Assembly (NCBI RefSeq): GCF_056712565.1
Contig: NZ_CM160072.1
DNA: 64,000 nucleotides
Strand: one strand, 5' to 3'
This document shows positions 58,165 to 64,000 of the stretch, in pieces. Under the pieces are notes generated by a model. The model had not been told where the DNA came from and made no database searches. It saw nothing but the letters and a program-made list of their open reading frames with translations. A program made the position numbers and the translations under genes. Each line of letters begins with the position of its first letter. Position 1 is the first letter of the stretch.

Positions 58165-58607
58165 TATTTCCAGGTTGCCGTATTCAGGTTGAAACCAGCC
58201 ACGCGGTAGGCTTTATAGCGTTCGCGCGCCAGTTGTTTCAGAGAATCTTCATAAGGAACGAAGTCTACCACTTCTGTGAAAGCGGTGGCAAAATCTGCAA
58301 AGCTTGTTCGCAGACTAATCAATATATCGCGCGGGCTGCTGCTGCGCTTTTGCGGCCAGGCGATCTCCACCGGCGCACCGCCGCGCGGTCCTTCTCCCGC
58401 TAAATTATGCGGAACAAAGCTTTCTGCCGGACGCGCCCACAGGGCTTCATCCAGTCGGTAAGCCTGCTTTTCATCTTCACAGGCGATGAGTACGCGCTTA
58501 CCACTGCGCCAACGTTCTGCGGCAATTTCACACACCAACTGCTCAACGGCGCTTAAGCCATCGACGGTGGTGTCATTGTCCAGAAGGTAGAACGTTGCGT
58601 TTTTCAT
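58164..58607 (-). CDS. holC: DNA polymerase III chi subunit
   Basis: 147-aa ORF; stop overlaps valS start by 1 nt. Confidence 0.9.
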   Translation of the reverse strand: MKNATFYLLDNDTTVDGLSAVEQLVCEIAAERWRSGKRVLIACEDEKQAYRLDEALWARPAESFVPHNLAGEGPRGGAPVEIAWPQKRSSSPRDILISLRTSFADFATAFTEVVDFVPYEDSLKQLARERYKAYRVAGFNLNTATWK

Positions 58608-58624
58608 ATATGGGGCTTCTTGTG

Positions 58625-58860
<236 letters not shown>

Positions 58861-58863
58861 CAA

Positions 58864-60378
<1,515 letters not shown>

Positions 60379-60641
60379 CTACGCTCCTGAATCTTAAAGA
60401 CAACGGCGGTGGCTACAGATAGAATTGCAAGCTTTCGTAACTCATGTCCGCTGTTGCGATGACTTCGTGTTAATCTTAACGTTATTACGGCATTGGCACG
60501 TCAGAACAAAATCTGAGAGGTGAATCCGTTGAGTATAATTATCTTAGCGACGATTTCGACGACTCAAGAGAATAAATGACGTTTAAGCCATGAAACAAGC
60601 TAAAATCCTGCAAAAGACGAGTTTTTACGGGCGTATTTAAA

Positions 60642-61742
60642 GTGATAATCATAAGATATCTGGTGCGGGAGACGCTCAAAAGCCAGCTGGCGATACTCTT
60701 CATCTTGCTTTTGATCTTCTTCTGTCAAAAGTTAGTGAGGATCCTCGGCGCAGCGGTTGACGGCGATATTCCGGCGAACTTGGTGCTCTCCCTTCTCGGG
60801 TTGGGCGTGCCGGAAATGGCGCAGCTTATCCTGCCATTAAGCCTGTTCCTCGGGCTGCTGATGACGCTGGGCAAACTGTATACCGAAAGTGAAATTACGG
60901 TAATGCATGCCTGCGGTCTGAGCAAAGCGGTGCTGGTGAAACCGGCAATGATCCTTGCGGTGTTCACGGCAATCGTCGCGGCGGTTAACGTGATGTGGGC
61001 GGGACCATGGTCATCGCGTCATCAGGATGAAGTGTTAGCAGAAGCGAAAGCGAACCCTGGCATGGCGGCGCTGGCGCAAGGGCAATTCCAGCAAGCGACT
61101 AATGGCAGCTCGGTGCTGTTCATCGAAAGCGTTGACGGCAGCGATTTCAAAGATGTGTTCCTCGCGCAAATTCGACCAAAAGGTAATGCACGACCTTCTG
61201 TGGTGGTGGCCGATTCCGGACATTTAACCCAGCTGCGCGACGGCTCCCAGGTCGTCACTCTCAACCAGGGAACGCGCTTCGAAGGCACTGCACTGTTACG
61301 TGATTTCCGCATTACGGATTTCCAGGATTATCAGGCGATCATTGGTCACCAGGCGGTGGCGCTCGACCCGAACGATACCGACCAGATGGACATGCGCACA
61401 TTGTGGAACACTGACACCGATCGTGCTCGCGCAGAACTGAACTGGCGTATCACGTTGGTGTTCACCGTGTTTATGATGGCACTTATGGTCGTACCGCTGA
61501 GCGTGGTTAACCCGCGTCAGGGGCGCGTACTATCGATGCTGCCAGCCATGCTGCTGTATCTGTTGTTCTTCCTGATCCAGACCTCCCTGAAATCGAACGG
61601 CGGTAAAGGTAAGCTGGACCCGACGCTGTGGATGTGGACCGTTAACCTGATTTATCTGGCTTTGGCGATTGTTCTCAACCTTTGGGACACCGTGCCGGTC
61701 CGCCGCCTGCGCGCCAGTTTTTCGCGTAAAGGAGCGGTGTGA
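60642..61742 (+). CDS. lptF: LPS export ABC transporter permease LptF
   Basis: 366-aa ORF. Confidence 0.9.
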   Translation: MIIIRYLVRETLKSQLAILFILLLIFFCQKLVRILGAAVDGDIPANLVLSLLGLGVPEMAQLILPLSLFLGLLMTLGKLYTESEITVMHACGLSKAVLVKPAMILAVFTAIVAAVNVMWAGPWSSRHQDEVLAEAKANPGMAALAQGQFQQATNGSSVLFIESVDGSDFKDVFLAQIRPKGNARPSVVVADSGHLTQLRDGSQVVTLNQGTRFEGTALLRDFRITDFQDYQAIIGHQAVALDPNDTDQMDMRTLWNTDTDRARAELNWRITLVFTVFMMALMVVPLSVVNPRQGRVLSMLPAMLLYLLFFLIQTSLKSNGGKGKLDPTLWMWTVNLIYLALAIVLNLWDTVPVRRLRASFSRKGAV

Positions 61743-62824
61743 TGCAACCTTTTGGCGTACTTGACCGCTATATCGGTAAAACTATTTTCACCACCATCAT
61801 GATGACGCTGTTCATGCTGGTGTCGCTGTCCGGCATTATCAAGTTTGTCGATCAGCTGAAAAAAGCCGGGCAGGGGAGTTACGACGCGTTAGGCGCAGGA
61901 ATGTATACCTTGCTGAGCGTGCCGAAAGATGTGCAAATCTTCTTCCCGATGGCGGCTCTGCTTGGGGCGTTGCTTGGTCTTGGGATGCTGGCGCAGCGCA
62001 GCGAACTGGTGGTGATGCAGGCTTCTGGTTTTACCCGTATGCAGGTGGCGCTGTCGGTGATGAAAACCGCCATTCCGCTGGTCTTGCTGACGATGGCGAT
62101 TGGTGAATGGGTCGCGCCGCAGGGCGAGCAGATGGCGCGTAACTACCGTGCGCAGGCGATGTACGGCGGCTCGTTGCTCTCTACCCAGCAAGGTTTATGG
62201 GCGAAAGATGGCAACAACTTCGTCTACATTGAGCGGGTTAAAGGTGACGAAGAGTTAGGTGGCATCAGTATTTATGCCTTTAACGAGAATCGTCGTCTGC
62301 AATCCGTACGCTATGCCGCTGCCGCGAAGTTTGACCCGGAACATAAAGTCTGGCGTCTGTCGCAGGTTGATGAATCTGATTTGACCAATCCGAAACAGAT
62401 CACCGGTTCGCAGACGGTGAGCGGCACCTGGAAAACCAACCTCACGCCAGACAAACTGGGCGTGGTGGCGCTGGACCCGGATGCACTCTCTATCAGCGGT
62501 TTGCACAACTATGTGAAGTATCTGAAGTCGAGCGGTCAGGATGCCGGACGTTATCAGCTCAACATGTGGAGCAAAATCTTCCAGCCGCTATCCGTGGCGG
62601 TGATGATGCTGATGGCGCTGTCGTTCATCTTTGGCCCACTGCGTAGCGTACCGATGGGCGTGCGTGTGGTCACTGGTATTAGCTTCGGTTTTGTCTTCTA
62701 CGTACTGGACCAGATCTTCGGCCCGCTGACGTTGGTTTACGGCATCCCGCCGATCATCGGCGCACTGTTGCCAAGCGCCAGCTTCTTCTTAATCAGCCTG
62801 TGGCTGTTAATGAGAAAATCGTAA
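61742..62824 (+). CDS. lptG: LPS export ABC transporter permease LptG
   Basis: ORF 61739-62824; likely start MQPFGVLDRYIGK at 61742 overlapping lptF stop; 360 aa. Confidence 0.9.
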   Translation: MQPFGVLDRYIGKTIFTTIMMTLFMLVSLSGIIKFVDQLKKAGQGSYDALGAGMYTLLSVPKDVQIFFPMAALLGALLGLGMLAQRSELVVMQASGFTRMQVALSVMKTAIPLVLLTMAIGEWVAPQGEQMARNYRAQAMYGGSLLSTQQGLWAKDGNNFVYIERVKGDEELGGISIYAFNENRRLQSVRYAAAAKFDPEHKVWRLSQVDESDLTNPKQITGSQTVSGTWKTNLTPDKLGVVALDPDALSISGLHNYVKYLKSSGQDAGRYQLNMWSKIFQPLSVAVMMLMALSFIFGPLRSVPMGVRVVTGISFGFVFYVLDQIFGPLTLVYGIPPIIGALLPSASFFLISLWLLMRKS

Positions 62825-62838
62825 CCGAATGAACGAAT

Positions 62839-62860
62839 AAAGGGAGCGAAAGCTCCCTTT
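62839..62860 (+). terminator. intrinsic terminator after lptG
   Basis: AAAGGGAGC-gaaa-GCTCCCTTT hairpin followed by ATTATTG. Confidence 0.6.
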
Positions 62861-62926
62861 ATTATTGTTAGCAAAGTGTGTTTCGTTCATGCCTGAAAGA
62901 TCATGAAAATTCAATATATTGCAGTA

Positions 62927-62965
62927 GTGTAGGCCTGATGCGGCGCGCCAGCGTCGCATCAGGCA
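62927..62965. repeat. REP element
   Basis: GTAGGCCTGATGCGGCGCGCCAGCGTCGCATCAGGC palindrome. Confidence 0.5.
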
Positions 62966-62984
62966 AAGACAAATCGCACCTGGC

Positions 62985-64000
62985 TTACCTTCTTCTCCCC
63001 CCCAGCAAACTCCCCAACATCCCGCGCACAATCTGATTCGTCACCTGGCGGGCGGCGCTTTTTGCCATTGTTTGCACCACACCATCTTTCTTCCCGCCGC
63101 GTGGTCCGGTAGTGCCAAACAAAATATCCTTCAATCCACCGAGAATACCGTCATCCACCGCCACCTCTTTCCCTTTCGCGGGAGGATTATTTTGCTGCTC
63201 GATACTGGCCTGAAAGCCTTTTTGCAACATCTCATAGGCGGATTCCCGGTCCACGTCATCCTCGTACTTGCCATACACCGGGGAGTGGTTAATCAAGCCA
63301 TTGCGCTCATCTTCCGTCACCGGCCCCATTCGTGAACAGGGGGCAATCACCATCGCCCGTTCCACCACTGAAGGGCTTCCTTTCGCATCGAGAAACGAGA
63401 TTAACGCTTCGCCCGTCCCCAGTTCCTGGATTGCCTTTTCGGTATCAAATGTTGGATTGGCCCGCATGGTTTGCGCCGCTGCCTTCACTGCTTTCTGATC
63501 TTTAGGCGTAAAAGCACGCAAAGCGTGTTGAACGCGATTACCGAGCTGCCCGAGCACGTTATCCGGGATATCTGACGGGTTTTGCGAAACGAACCAGACG
63601 CCCACGCCTTTTGAGCGAATAAGCCTTATCACCTGCTCAATCTTATCCAGCAGTACCTGCGGTGCATCGTTAAACAGCAGATGCGCTTCGTCGAAGAAAA
63701 ACACCAGTTTTGGTTTCTCCAGATCGCCCGCTTCCGGCAATTGTTCATACAACTCTGAAAGCATCCACAGCAGGCTGGCGGCGTACAGTTTCGGCATCTG
63801 GTAGAGCTTCTCGGCGCTGAGGATATTGATAACGCCTTTACCGTTGGCATCGGTGCGCATCCAGTCTTTGATATCCAGCATCGGCTCACCAAAGAAGTGT
63901 GCTGCGCCTTGCTGTTCCAGCGACAACAGCCCGCGCTGGATGGCACCAACCGATGCACTACTGATATTACCGTACTGATTCTGGAAGGATTTGGCGTTAT
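62985..64000 (-). CDS. yjgR: putative P-loop NTPase YjgR (DUF853), 5' end outside window
   Basis: Minus-strand ORF ending at 62985; FFDEAHLLF Walker-B-like segment; reading frame assumed to continue past 63926 to the window end. Confidence 0.75.
   Translation of the reverse strand, partial: NAKSFQNQYGNISSASVGAIQRGLLSLEQQGAAHFFGEPMLDIKDWMRTDANGKGVINILSAEKLYQMPKLYAASLLWMLSELYEQLPEAGDLEKPKLVFFFDEAHLLFNDAPQVLLDKIEQVIRLIRSKGVGVWFVSQNPSDIPDNVLGQLGNRVQHALRAFTPKDQKAVKAAAQTMRANPTFDTEKAIQELGTGEALISFLDAKGSPSVVERAMVIAPCSRMGPVTEDERNGLINHSPVYGKYEDDVDRESAYEMLQKGFQASIEQQNNPPAKGKEVAVDDGILGGLKDILFGTTGPRGGKKDGVVQTMAKSAARQVTNQIVRGMLGSLLGGRRR

Overview
The window reads as a contiguous Escherichia coli-type chromosomal segment, syntenic with the ytfB-fklB-cycA ... 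pyrBI ... argI-valS-pepA-lptFG-yjgR region and carrying typical REP/BIME palindromes in 3' intergenic gaps. About 50 protein-coding genes are supported, nearly all recognisable housekeeping genes; where the longest ORF in the supplied track had an implausible N-terminal extension I trimmed it to an internal Met with a Shine-Dalgarno. Two blocks look accessory relative to my recollection of the K-12 reference: (1) a TetR-regulator / SDR oxidoreductase / sugar-phosphate isomerase module at the left edge (1-2363), and (2) a five-gene arginine deiminase (ADI) cluster with its own ArgR-family regulator and a membrane carrier (45190-50447) between pyrL and tabA. K-12 genes I would expect here (chpSB, ytfI, yjgL, yjgH-bdcA-bdcR) are absent. 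I found no rRNA, tRNA, CRISPR array, transposase, integrase or phage genes. I did not find convincing evidence of a wholly undescribed system; the best candidates for follow-up are the ADI island, its 674-bp AT-rich control region, and several unassigned palindromic operator-like sites. All functional calls are from reading the translations and from memory of the families; none was checked against a database.
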